DNA of 64,000 nt from Octopus bimaculoides (taxonomy: Eukaryota), in assembly GCF_001194135.2 (NCBI RefSeq), contig NC_068997.1, positions 54,272,225 through 54,336,224 on the forward strand, written 5' to 3'. The position numbers and the translations under genes were made by a program. Shown here piece by piece: positions 12,531 through 24,900 of this stretch. How positions within the stretch are numbered: the first letter of the stretch is position 1; the number at the start of each line of letters is the position of its first letter. The notes beneath the pieces were generated by a model that was not told the DNA's origin, made no database searches, and was given only the letters and a program-made list of their open reading frames with translations.

Positions 12531-13382
12531 TAGTGCTATCCCCTTTTTCTTTTATAATTCGGTGAACCAAGTACCACCTGTACACTAGGGGTCGTTGTAA
12601 TCTATGTGCTATGCAAATTATAAATATTAATAAGAAATATATACAGTATTGCACTGTTTCTACTTCGCGGATTGTCATCTACTGCGAGGTTTTGGGAACG
12701 TAACACTCGCGATACTCGAGGGATTACTGTATGAGTATTTTATATATATATACATATATATACATATATATACATATATATACATATATATACATATNNN
12801 NNNNNNNNNNNNNNNNNNNNNNNNNNNNNNNNNNNNNNNNNNNNNNNNNNNNNNNNNNNNNNNNNNNNNNNNNNNNNNNNNNNNNNNNNNNNNNNNNNNN
12901 NNNNNNNNNNNNNNNNNNNNNNNNNNNNNNNNNNNNNNNNNNNNNNNNNNNNNNNNNNNNNNNNNNNNNNNNNNNNNNNNNNNNNNNNNNNNNNNNNNNN
13001 NNNNNNNNNNNNNNNNNNNNNNNNNNNNNNNNNNNNNNNNNNNNNNNNNNNNNNNNNNNNNNNNNNNNNNNNNNNNNNNNNNNNNNNNNNNNNNNNNNNN
13101 NNNNNNNNNNNNNNNNNNNNNNNNNNNNNNNNNNNNNNNNNNNNNNNNNNNNNNNNNNNNNNNNNNNNNNNNNNNNNNNNNNNNNNNNNNNNNNNNNNNN
13201 NNNNNNNNNNNNNNNNNNNNNNNNNNNNNNNNNNNNNNNNNNNNNNNNNNNNNNNNNNNNNNNNNNNNNNNNNNNNNNNNNNNNNNNNNNNNNNNNNNNN
13301 NNNNNNNNNNNNNNNNNNNNNNNNNNNNNNNNNNNNNNNNNNNNNNNNNNNNNNNNNNNNNNNNNNNNNNNNTATAAAGTGA

Positions 13383-13383
<1 letters not shown>

Positions 13384-13451
<68 letters not shown>
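13384..13451. repeat. (AAT)n microsatellite
   Basis: Direct inspection. Similar tracts occur at 14130-14275, 27349-27413, 37966-38047 and 61010-61075. Confidence 0.95.
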
Positions 13452-14150
13452 GTCATTCCTGTGAGATTAATTTTTCAACACTACGATTCCATTGAATTTC
13501 TGTTTCAACATGAAATTGGGGCTATATTTCACTTCCCTCTTCCTCCTCCTTCCCCTCCTTTTGATTCTTACTTTTCTCTTCCCAGCCTTCTCCTCCTTCC
13601 TCTTCTTTCCCCTCTTCCACCTTCTCCTCTCATCTTACTACATCCCAGCTTCGTCACAGTTCTCTATTGTTTAGGTTTTCTAAGGTCATTTTGATCTTTT
13701 TTTCTCTCTGCCCTTTAAATCATTGCTCTAAAAACCATTTTCGCAAACCATGCACTCCAGTGAGTGATTTCATTATCTAGTCGTTGAAACAACAACAACA
13801 ACAGCAAAACAAAAACCCACAAAAATTCTAAAAAATCTTCAAACCATGATTTCGGGAAATCGATCATATTTCTTATTCGTAGAGAACCAATAATTGGCTG
13901 GAAAATAAAAGAATTAACAGAGATGCTACATCAGATACACGACCATTTCCCAATTTAGCTAATTAGTTATACATAAATATCGATTAGATTTTGCCAACAT
14001 GATCGCTTCAAATGGATTTTCAACAGGAAGATTTATTTATTTTTTTGCCCCTATTTCCTGTATATTATTACGAAGAGCGCGGAGGGAGTGGAGAGGATAC
14101 ATGTCTGCTAATTTCATGTTCAATACAGAATATTATTATTATTGTTATTA

Positions 14151-14239
<89 letters not shown>

Positions 14240-15368
14240 ATTAATATTTTTATTATTATTATTATTGTTATTAATTTTATTATGGTTTTGCTGTTGCTGT
14301 TGTTCCTACTGCTGTTTTTGTCTCAGCTGGTACTGCTACCGTTTTCGTTTGTTTCCCGCGTTAATCTTTTGTTAAATCTGGCGAGTTCAATGAAGAAATG
14401 AGAAATAAGCTAATCTATTTTAACAATANNNNNNNNNNNNNNNNNNNNNNNNNNNNNNNNNNNNNNNNNNNNNNNNNNNNNNNNNNNNNNNNNNNNNNNN
14501 NNNNNNNNNNNNNNNNNNNNNNNNNNNNNNNNNNNNNNNNNNNNNATATATATATATATATACCCACCTAAGAATTTATCAAGTAGTTAGCGTGAAAAAC
14601 CTCATATGGGAAAAATTTATTAATTATTCCCTTTAAATATATTTATTTATATTAGCGGCATTACTATACATAAATGCCTCACGCTAGGAGGGACTCTTAA
14701 AGTCAAAACTACCATAATAAACACTTTGTACCGAAAGCGAGGGAATGCAACTCTCGAAGCGAGCGTTTTAAAAACAGATTCAGCTGCAGATCATGTGATT
14801 TCATAATTAGTCCACAAAATGCACTTTTTAATCGTCGGTGCAGGCATAATCAAGACACATAAAAATGAACCAAAAAATAAACACACTAGACGAACACTTA
14901 ATGTATCCAGCATAGTACATGAAATTGTTCATACTTATGTATCTATGTAATATATATATTGTGTATAATTAATAATATTGAAGAGTAATAAAATATTAGA
15001 AATGTCTACCACCAGTGGCCTAGCGTGTAAAATTTTGATGGATACCTCTTATGTGTTTAAATGTACAATGTATTTATATACTGTGTTATTCTGTATATAT
15101 ATATATTTGTATACCTCGTATGCAAGTTTTCGGCCCTGACAAACGAAGACACCTCAAGTAGCCTGTGGAATTACTCCTAAAATTAGTGGCCAGATCTCGC
15201 AGAATTGACGCGGAAATCTTTAAGAGGGCGAAGATGTATTACATAATACAGTGTTAGATCCTTCTAAATCAGGTCATGGTTGGGACGTCAAATGAATAAA
15301 GTCTCAAATAAGGAAAAACGACAACGCAGACCTGCATTTCTTTGGTGCGTTAAAAACTGAAATAAGTA

Positions 15369-15754
15369 CAGTAGAACCTAGCAGTACGAGTGCCCCATTG
15401 TAAGAGTAATTTGCTGTACGAGCCGAAACTCGTAGGAATTTTTGTCTCGCAATACGAGTGGAAATCCGCAGTACGAGCACAGAAATCGTCCCGTCTTTAA
15501 AGTAATTCAATTAATAAAACCAGTTTCCATATTTCTTCTGCATTCTCTTTTTCATAATTGTCATTTTCCTTGTAACTACATCTTTTCTGTTTTAAAACCA
15601 ATGAAAAATTATTTTTGCGTGGTTTTGTAGGGGCTGGAACGGATTAATTATAATTTAGTCAACTTCAACGGGGAAAATTGATTTGTAAAACGAGTAATTC
15701 ATAAGACGAGCTCAGTCATTGAACGAATGAAACTCGTAATGCGATGTATCACTG
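15369..15754. mobile_element. Non-autonomous pogo/Tigger-like MITE (386 bp) with TA target-site duplication
   Basis: TA|CAGTAGAACCTAGCAGTACGAGT...ACTCGTAATGCGATGTATCACTG|TA gives imperfect ~23-bp TIRs beginning CAGT, flanked by TA at 15367-68 and 15755-56. Confidence 0.75.
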
Positions 15755-16310
15755 TATCTCTAGACAACCAATAATATTTTCGATTAGTATTTCTAGATAG
15801 CTATCAATAATTTCATTTGGTATATTATCTCCTACTCAGCTTTCTATACGTTGCCTAAATTTAGACTAAACAAATTTTTGGCAAGACTTGTCTGGACTCC
15901 ATCTCTTCCAGAAGGTTGTAAATGAGAGGAAATGTTAAACAAGAGGAATTAATTTTAGTAAACTGCAACCATAATAAATTGAATGTGTAGCAAATAATGC
16001 TGGGCAGGAAGAAATGAATTTAACTAGTTATTACAATTGTGCAGTTATAACTTATTCAATTAATATGTGGAATATATTGTGTTCAAGTTAGAGATAAGGA
16101 ACCTGTTTTATTGTGTGATATATGCAAAACTTTAATCTCTCCTGCAAATTGCTAGCGTTCATGAATTACAATAACAATAAAAACTGTTCGGAAGAGAAGA
16201 GTTCAGAATATTGCGATGCAGATGGTGCTAAGGTCATTCATTGCGGGTTAATGTTGCCCGTTACCAGGGTTCATATTGCAAATCAATACCACTGTCGTGG
16301 CATTAACAGC

Positions 16311-16402
<92 letters not shown>

Positions 16403-16455
16403 TGAGGAGGAGGAGGAGGACGAGGAGGAGGAGGAGGAGGACGAGGAGGAGGACG

Positions 16456-16503
<48 letters not shown>

Positions 16504-16515
16504 CTGATGATGATA
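16311..16515. repeat. Compound trinucleotide array (AAT)n-(GAG/GAC)n-(GAT)n
   Basis: Direct inspection. It is the source of the spurious poly-N/E/D ORF 16122..16544. Confidence 0.95.
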
Positions 16516-16518
16516 ATC

Positions 16519-16605
16519 CTTTCTATTACTGGCATAAGGCCTGAAATTTGGGTAAGGGAGTGGGTACATTATATCGGCTCCAGTAATCAACGGGCAATTA
16601 TTTTA
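16519..16605 (-). mobile_element. SINE family B 3' tail fragment
   Basis: ctttctattactggcataaggcctgaaatttggg...cattatatcggctccagtaatcaacggg matches the reverse-complement tail of family B. Confidence 0.65.
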
Positions 16606-16609
16606 AAGG

Positions 16610-16745
16610 AGTGAGAACCGAGGTTCGAAATTTCCCCAAGACGCCTGATGAAGGCTGGAGGGTATATCAGCCAAAACGTTGCGTTAACAACAAACAAGAT
16701 GAGGACAAATATCTGTCAAATATAAATAATGTAAATGATGTAAAT
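16610..16745 (+). mobile_element. Penelope-like element terminal-repeat fragment (inferred from hammerhead context)
   Basis: Contains cctgatgaaggctgg...cagccaaaacgttgcgttaacaacaaacaag. Minimal hammerheads with an ACGU stem III are characteristic of Penelope-like pLTRs. No RT or GIY-YIG sequence was seen. Confidence 0.5.
16640..16685 (+). ncRNA. Minimal type I hammerhead ribozyme-like motif, G12->A mutated (probably inactive)
   Basis: GACGC-CUGAUGA-A-GGCUG(gagggtatat)CAGCC-AAAAC-GUU-GCGUU. Stem I is 5 bp, stem II is 5 bp, there is an extra A after A9, and stem III is the loopless palindrome ACGU. Confidence 0.65.
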
Positions 16746-16986
16746 GCCAATATGTTTACCAATGCCCGTGAGCGTCTGTTTGTTTTCCCATATATACTGC
16801 AGCACCAACCTCTGGGAAACGTGCAGTGATTGCTTCCTCCACAGCCTTGAAGATCAGACATGCACTTTCATACATCCTGGCTCGGCCTCAGATCAGTATA
16901 TGGTGTCATATATATTGGTCAGTCAGTGGTCATATATGAATGTCTGCTGTGAGAGATATATAGAAGCCCCTACTGTTTTTTTGTAG

Positions 16987-17008
16987 GAGCAAGAATGCAC
17001 TGGCCCCA
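16987..17008 (+). other. Candidate 22-nt microexon
   Basis: tgttttttgtag|GAGCAAGAATGCACTGGCCCCA|gtaagtt has strong acceptor and donor and no stop in any frame. There is no homology support. Confidence 0.2.
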
Positions 17009-17755
17009 GTAAGTTATTTTCCAATTGATCTTTCTTACGACCATCAATTTCTTCTAAATTACAAACATACGGATCCGCTGATGGCTTCTACAATGGACGT
17101 AGTGACAAATATCGCTAGTTTAGTTTTTTTAAAAAAAGTGTCCAAACGAGTTTTTGCTCTTTGAATTATTATCCCTTTTCTGTTGATAGTTTTTGATCCG
17201 TCCACTTTGTTCTTTTTCTGTGTGGAAAACTTATATGATACTACCAATTTTGCAGAAACCTCCTCGCATCACCACTTCAGTAGACGCCATTTTACTAATA
17301 GTTTTAGAAATTATCTGGCGAGTAAAGCATTGTTTTAGAACATAAACTCTTGTTCTCTCTCAAAAAGGGCAAAAACACACAGGAGAACGCTCCTGTATTC
17401 TCTATGTAATGGATCTTTACAAATACACAACAACACACAACAAATAAAATGACATCCAATTTGGAAGTAATTTGATAATTTTTCAAAACCTCACGAAATC
17501 ACGAGCGAGGAAGACGCATCTGACTGGTAATTATTTAATGTTGATGACGTTTTGTTTATTTGTGTCTCGGGTAAATTTAATTACAGAAGCATTCCGGGAC
17601 ATCAACTCTGAATAATATACCATGCTATACATACATACATACATACATGCATACATACACACACACACACATATACACACACACGCGCACACACATATAC
17701 AAGGTGTAGACCTACACACATAAATAATATCTATATTCGGCTATATATTCATATA

Positions 17756-17821
<66 letters not shown>

Positions 17822-17877
17822 TAAATGAAAACCGTGCAAAATGTAAACACACATACGCACATAGATAAATAAATAGT

Positions 17878-17975
<98 letters not shown>

Positions 17976-18000
17976 CAGCACCAGCACCAGCTCCGGCATT
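17878..18000. repeat. (AGC)n-(AGT)n compound trinucleotide repeat
   Basis: Direct inspection. Confidence 0.95.
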
Positions 18001-18101
18001 AGCAGTGACATTGCAGATTTTGTAATTAAGGCAGTGGTGTGACTTGACCCGGCAGACCAACCCTCAAATACAATCCGTCCTTGACCATCACGATCTTTCA
18101 G

Positions 18102-18153
18102 AAACTCCTCATATAGCATCCAGTATGGCCGTCCTACTTTTGCTTTTTCTTAA
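18102..18153 (+). other. Candidate 52-nt exon
   Basis: gatctttcag|AAACTCC...TTTCTAAA|gtaagtg. Two frames are open (ETPHIASSMAVLLLLFL.. or NSSYSIQYGRPTFAFSK). It may be upstream of the 19091-21451 pseudogene. Confidence 0.3.
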
Positions 18154-18924
18154 AGTAAGTGAGATTTTATTGTGACTCGGCTGTTATTTCTTGAATATCT
18201 TCAGCTGCCTTGAAATATCTGTAATTATCTCGCTTTCAGTATTGTATCCCATGAGTAATGACCGTCTGCCTGTGTTAAAATACCAACATGTAGATAAGAA
18301 GAAATGAAACACCTGATGGCGGCATGTAAAAAAAACACAAAGCGATAAACGATATGTGATTAATAATGTAGGCATAAATAATGTCTGTGTGTGTGAGTGT
18401 GTACAGTCTGTAAAAGAAGGCTTATAATATATAGCTATAAATATTTTAAATGTAACTTCATTACAGAGGAAATTAGTATTGTAAATTCAACTGTAAATAT
18501 ATACACTGTGGATATAGATATTGTAAATACGCACTTTTACATGCGAGGTTGATTGTATAAACTCTTTAAATATACACTACTCTCTTTAAATCTGAGGTTG
18601 GTAGTGTATATACAAATATATATATTTCAAAATGTAACCGTATGTGGATCGTTGGCGATTTCTTTTTCGTTCTCCGTCTTTCTTTTCTCTTGGACTTTCA
18701 TCCGTCTCCTGTTCCTGATGTGAAGAGTTTTTTATTTTCCATTCTTTCCCCGGACGTCTGCCAATAATTTGCATGTATCACGTCCTCACGTTGTTTTTTT
18801 TCCTGTTGCGTTTTTCCACGTTTTTTTATTAACTATATATATATATATATATNNNNNNNNNNNNNNNNNNNNNNNNNNNNNNNNNNNNNNNNNNNNNNNN
18901 NNNNNNNNNNNNNNNNNNNNNNNN

Positions 18925-19060
18925 TATAGTTTAACGCTCGGGAAGGTGAGGAAATCTTTTACGTTTTGAGCCTACGCTCTTCAACGGAAAGGAACACGAG
19001 AAAATAAACAGAGACAGAGTAAGAAAAAAAAAAGCTTTAGTGGGTAGCGTTCAATACACA
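18925..19060 (-). mobile_element. Penelope-like terminal-repeat fragment (same family as 3296-4015, inferred)
   Basis: Shares the gtagcgttcaat terminus with ~3970 and carries the hammerhead-like motif at 18956-18991. Confidence 0.45.
18956..18991 (-). ncRNA. Variant minimal hammerhead-like motif (core CCGUUGA, G12->A)
   Basis: Reverse complement reads CUUU-CCGUUGA-A-GAGC(GUAG)GCUC-AAAAC-GUA-AAAG. Stem I (4 bp) and stem II (4 bp) pair perfectly and stem III is the ACGU palindrome, but the core deviates at U4, A6 and G12. Confidence 0.5.
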
Positions 19061-19090
19061 CATATACACTGCATAGCGCTATTAATGTAG

Positions 19091-21451
19091 ATATAAATAT
19101 TCTGAATAACTATATTCTATGCATGAAACTAATGACGTGGATGTAAGTAATGTAAGTATAAATTCTTGAAACATGACGTTAATAATGTAGACCAATGGCT
19201 TTCAACCATGGTCCATATGACTGTTGGGTGAGGGGGGGATATAATAGTATTTTGTTTAATTTATTGTGCCAGACATTGCTCATATTTCTAAAATACACAA
19301 AATAATTTAACAATATTTTATACAATTCTTCATAATATTTAATTATATTAAAAAAATATTGAATTCTTCAAGTTGGAATGGTTTCGTGGGTCCATTCGAG
19401 TAAAATAAAGATCAAAGGAGTTTAGATATAAAACAAAATGGTTGACAACCACCGATGTAGACCTAGATATTGTAAGATGTAGTTATTTGTCTAGATCTAG
19501 ATATAAATTAGGTTGATATATACTGTATAATTGAGATTCGTAGTCTAGATAGAAACATTCGAAGTACATAATCTTTAAAAGCAAGGTTATTAGCTGAAGA
19601 AATTATAAATTTATTTATCTGAATTTCATTATATTTCTTAATTTTTATTCAGCTAATTGTTCCTTCATGAAACGTCATGAATGTAATTCTTCCAGGCTGT
19701 GTCAGCGACCAAATATAAATAATCAGTGTTTTGAATGAACCTAAACAAACAGAATTCGCTGTAATCAGTTTGTGTAAAATTCCCCAAGAAATTAAAACCC
19801 GTATTGTGCGATGTTTCAAGATTCGTGTCTCAGAATTTCAAATTCAAGAATCTGATGTTATTATTCAAATAGAGAAATAAGAAATTTAATGAATACATTT
19901 TAATGAACTGAAAAAAAAAATTATAAATTAATTAAAAATATACAAGGCCAAAATATTTGTTATTATATTCACAATGTTCATCAGAAATTTGATATTATTA
20001 CTCGGTGATTTAAAAAATATAATGTAATTAAATAGTTTTATAGGCGTATGCGTGGCTGTGTAGTAAGAAGCTTGCTTCCCAATGACATGGTTCCGGGTTC
20101 AGTCCCACTACGAGGCAACTTGGGCAAGTGTCTTCAACTATAAGCTCGTGCCGACCAAACCCTCGTGAGTGGATTTGGTAGACGGAAACTGAGAGAAGTC
20201 CGTCGTGTATATATATGTGTGTGTGTGTGTTTGTATTTATCCCCCCACCATCGCTTAACAACGGATGTCGGTGTGTTTATGTCCACGTATCTTAGCGGTG
20301 CGTCAAAAGGATCCGATAGAATAAGTACTACACTTACAAAGAATAAGTCCTGGGGCCGATTTTTTCGACTAAAGGCGGTGCTCCAGCATGACCACAGTCA
20401 AGTGAATGAAACAAGTAAAAGAGTAAAAGAATATATAAATATATATATATAAAGAAAGAGAGAGAGAGAGGGACCCAGAACCTATTGGTAATTATTGGCA
20501 AATGTTCAATGTATGGGAAATGATACCAAAATATTTAAGTTTAATTTCTTAAGTTAATTTCACAAAGAAAGTTAATTCGCAAATGTTTCATAACGTTTTA
20601 AGTTTTAAACTCCATTTTGTGTTTGGAAGAATTAAAGACAATTTACTCGAAGTATATTTTTAAGAATCAACTTTACAACCGTCTTTCCTTTGAAGCCATT
20701 CTACAAGACGTTGTGTGTAGCTTTGTATCTGTGTTTATAAAAATGTCATCAATCTTCCAGGTCTGTGTCAATTCTCTCCAAATAGCACACTAAATATTGG
20801 ATATGTTCTTTAATTCTATTCCTGACTTTAGGCCTTTCCAGTTGTGGCCAGGATTTTCAAATAAATCTGATGATTCTTGAAGTTATTACACACACACAAA
20901 CACACACATACATACACATATGCATGTATATAAATCTAGACTGTATTAGTTATCATATTGGTGGCTTCTGGCATATTTCTTTAATTCCTCCTTCTTTTGT
21001 TAATTTTCATTTTCACGATTATGTTTCCAGAAAAGAAAAAGAAACACATAACGCCCACTAAATATATGAAACTATGTTACGTTCACTACTGGAAGTATGT
21101 GACTTCGAATGGGCCTCTTATGAAATACTATGTTCACTTTAGATGAGGAACAGATTTTACGAATGGGAAAATACAAGAGCTGGTTTTTCTACTAACATTG
21201 TATTACCAAGGGCAGGACTCGATCCACTGTTAGAAGATTTAGTTAAATTTACTACGCAATGGATGCAGCTACAGAAAATTTTATCTGTTTCAGTGTACAG
21301 TGAAACAGTTTTAACTCGCTACGTGTTAAATGATTGGTTTCCTTCATGCAATATTAGAGAAAAGTAAGATTCTGGTAAAGTAAGAAGTATAGTTACAGAT
21401 ATATTTATGAATTTAGTACAAACAACATCTCTTCTGTGCTACAACGTCATC
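19091..21451 (+). pseudogene. Possible multi-exon pseudogene of unknown family (putative exons 19091-19142, 19373-19471, 19653-20004, 21031-21451)
   Basis: AG/GT-bounded segments have compatible phases if one A is restored in the A10 run at 19911-19920. The translation includes LEWFRGSIRVK*RSKEF.. | LIVPS*NVMNVILPGCVSDQI*IISVLNEPKQTEFAVISLCKIPQEIKTRIVRCFKIRV.. | ..YETMLRSLLEVCDFEWASYEILCSL*MRNRFYEWENTRAGFSTNIVLPRAGLDPLLEDLVKFTTQWMQLQKIL.. There are about 10 internal stops, and the donor at 20005 (gtgatt) was chosen to fit the phase. Confidence 0.4.
20042..20432 (+). mobile_element. SINE family A, full length
   Basis: It has a tRNA-like head (tggctgtgtagtaagaag; gggttcagtccc), acttgggcaagtg, an internal (TG)n, and a 3' body ending ...gaaacaagtaaaagagtaaaaga. 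Confidence 0.9.
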
Positions 21452-23128
21452 GTAAGCGACACGTTACAATTTAGAATTTTACTGTGAACTTCATTCTTCC
21501 ATTGTACACCTCTACCGTTAGCTATATGCCAGTTATACGTTACAGTTAGATGTATGTTAGATTACAATTAACGATACGTATTACTAGGAATATATGGCGA
21601 ATGGAATTTCAAAATATCTGAATAAAAATAATTTCTGTAACCAATTCCTGAAAACAGTCTTTTTTTTTTTTTTTTACCAATTATTTGAAGTTTATAAACT
21701 TCTGTTTCTTAGAAAGGTTTCAATACATTTAGAAGGAAAATGAAAGTTATATTTTCTTAAAAAGACGCAAAGAAATAGAAAGGTGACATGTAGTTGTCTC
21801 TGTCGAATTCCAAACTATCTATCTATCTTAAATCAATCATTGTTCGAAATGCGATTAACTCTACGCTGGCTGCATACTCCATCGATCTAATATTCCTTGT
21901 CATTATTTGACTTCCAAGAATGTCATGTAAATGATATTACATGTATTATATTCCGTGTCCAAATGTCTTTTAGATGCTAAATTCTTTCAGTTTCAAAGAT
22001 GTGTGAGATGCTATTTTCTTCAAACTATATATATTTTTCTTTTACGTATTCTCAGACAAGGCACAATAAAATATTACTTTAAATGTATTTGGAATATATT
22101 CATGTGTTAAGTGTATCGATCTTGCCACTGACAGACTAAACGAAACCTCACAAATATTTCTAGTATATATTACATATGTACGTCTTCTTATATATATACA
22201 CTCTATAGTATCTACATATTTGTTTCGGTGTACAATAAACTTATACACACATATTGTTTATAAATATAAATATGTATAAGCACGCACACCTATATATAAA
22301 TGAACGTATGTAAATATATATATATATTTATATATGTGCGTGTGCCTGTGTTTGTGTATCTGTGTGTGCGTATGCTTGTGTGTATACATACCATACATAC
22401 ATACATATATATATATATATANNNNNNNNNNNNNNNNNNNNNNNNNNNNNNNNNNNNNNNNNNNNNNNNNNNNNNNNNNNNNNNNNNNNNNNNNNNNNNN
22501 NNNNNNNNNNNNNNNNNNNNNNNNNNNNNNNNNNNNNNNNNNNNNNNNNNNNNNNNNNNNNNNNNNNNNNNNNNNNNNNNNNNNNNNNNNNNNNNNNNNN
22601 NNNNNNNNNNNNNNNNNNNNNNNNNNNNNNNNNNNNNNNNNNNNNNNNNNNNNNNNNNNNNNNNNNNNNNNNNNNNNNNNNNNNNNNNNNNNNNNNNNNN
22701 NNNNNNNNNNNNNNNNNNNNNNNNNNNNNNNNNNNNNNNNNNNNNNNNNNNNNNNNNNNNNNNNNNNNNNNNNNNNNNNNNNNNNNNNNNNNNNNNNNNN
22801 NNNNNNNNNNNNNNNNNNNNNNNNNNNNNNNNNNNNNNNNNNNNNNNNNNNNNNNNNNNNNNNNNNNNNNNNNNNNNNNNNNNNNNNNNNNNNNNNNNNN
22901 NNNNNNNNNNNNNNNNNNNNNNNNNNNNNNNNNNNNNNNNNNNNNNNNNNNNNNNNNNNNNNNNNNNNNNNNNNNNNNNNNNNNNNNNNNNNNNNNNNNN
23001 NNNNNNNNNNNNNNNNNNNNNNNNNNNNNNNNNNNNNNNNNNNNNNNNNNNNNNNNNNNNNNNNNNNNNNNNNNNNNNNNNNNNNNNNNNNNNNNNNNNN
23101 NNNNNNNNNNNNNNNNNNNNNNNNNNNN

Positions 23129-23176
<48 letters not shown>

Positions 23177-24175
23177 TCTAACTTACTTTAACTGGTAAAG
23201 CGGAAACAAGTCTTTTATCAGTAGGAAACTTTATTATGAGAACAAAATGTATTCGTTTTTTTTTTTTTTCAGAATAAGCAGAGAGAAAGAAAGAGGAAGA
23301 AAGAGACAGAAGGAACAGAAAGAGAGGCAAAGAGAAGAAAATAAGAATGAAAGATGTACCGAAATTTCTAATTTAGTTAGAAAAAGGAATCTCTGTAGAA
23401 AATATTACAGTGATATATGGTTCCACGTCATGATCACCTTAACAACTTAAACCCTACTCAAAGTAGCATTCCATAAAGCAAACGCAAAGGAATAAATTTC
23501 TAATTCGACTGATGGAGAATAATGGCTGATTATTTTGCGTCGTTAAGTTAATTGGTAGCTGCATTCTTTGAATAGAGGGACATGAAATAAACCAAATCAA
23601 GCTTGCTATGATCTGAACCCGAAACCGAAAGAGATGCGACTAAATACTATGAAATACTACGTCTAATACTTTCAGACAGTTCTGATAGCTGGATGCCCCA
23701 CACATCTTAGAATATTGTGAGAAAATACTAACGAAATAAAACAAAACAGAAGACGACACATAAATTACAGCGGAAAAAATTGATGTAGAAAAAGAGAATT
23801 TGTATTAACGACGTTAATAGACATTCGGGGCGGTTCTGATATGTGTTTGACAGGTATGGTATGTATGGCACTAGGGCGAGACGAAATAATAGCAGGAAGC
23901 AGACAGGTAGAGAATCCCTCCAGTCGTTAATGTAATTTTGATACATCGCATGCAAATGGCTGACATAGCAGCCAGTTTAGAGCAAGTTTGCTTCTGGTGG
24001 ATGGAGAATCGCTGGAAATTCTTAGAGAAAGAACAAAGTCGGGGTTTGTTGTTAGTCTGTCAGTAAGTAGGAGCGCAGACAGGCTGGAGGGAGAAAAACT
24101 GGAATATCTACACATATATAGATATATACATATATACATACACGCATACACACAACTGTATATACACATACATTG

Positions 24176-24270
<95 letters not shown>

Positions 24271-24449
24271 TAGCGTATGCTATGTATATATCTGCACATA
24301 CATAAATATATATATATATGCGTGTGTATGTGTGTGTGTGTGTGTGTGTGATGTGTAATATGTGAAATTATATATATAAATATAAATATAATACAAATAT
24401 ATATATATACGTATACACAGACTTGTATATACACATACATTGATATATG

Positions 24450-24510
<61 letters not shown>

Positions 24511-24511
<1 letters not shown>

Positions 24512-24744
24512 GAGGCGCGTGGCTTAGTGGTTAGGATGTCAGCATCATGATCGTAAGATTGTGGTTTCCATTACTGGACCGGGCACCGCGTGTGTGATCT
24601 TGAGCAAAACTCTTCATTTCACGTTGCTCCAGTCCAGTCAGCTGGCAAAAATGAGTAACGCTGCGATGGACTGGCGTCCCGTCCAGCTGGGGAACATGTA
24701 CAATTTTGAAACCGGGAAACCGGACCCATGAGCCTGGCTAGACT
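24511..24744 (+). mobile_element. tRNA-derived SINE, family C
   Basis: ggaggcgcgtggcttagtggttagg (A box)...gtggtttccattactggaccggg (B-box-like)...cttgagcaaaactcttcatttcacgttgctccagtcc...gggaaaccggacccatgagcctggctag. Confidence 0.85.
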
Positions 24745-24848
24745 NNNNNNNNNNATATATACATATATATATATACATATATATAATATATATATATGTG
24801 TGTGTATTGACAGATATACATACGCACGCGCGTGCACGTACACACACA

Positions 24849-24900
<52 letters not shown>

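Noticed and set aside
16122-16544. 140-aa ORF with poly-N/E/D resembling an acidic or biomineral protein
   Set aside because: Its length comes from a compound triplet repeat that is also open in other frames. The unique part has no recognisable motif or splice support.
23868-24062. GC-richer segment ending in a gtaagt donor (MADIAASLEQVCFWWMENRW.. or ..LLVDGESLEILRERT..)
   Set aside because: The frame that reaches an acceptor has two stops and the open frame has no acceptor, so it is not supportable as an exon.
24511-24590. SINE heads as possible tRNA genes
   Set aside because: They have A/B boxes but no complete cloverleaf or acceptor stem, and they continue into SINE body sequence.
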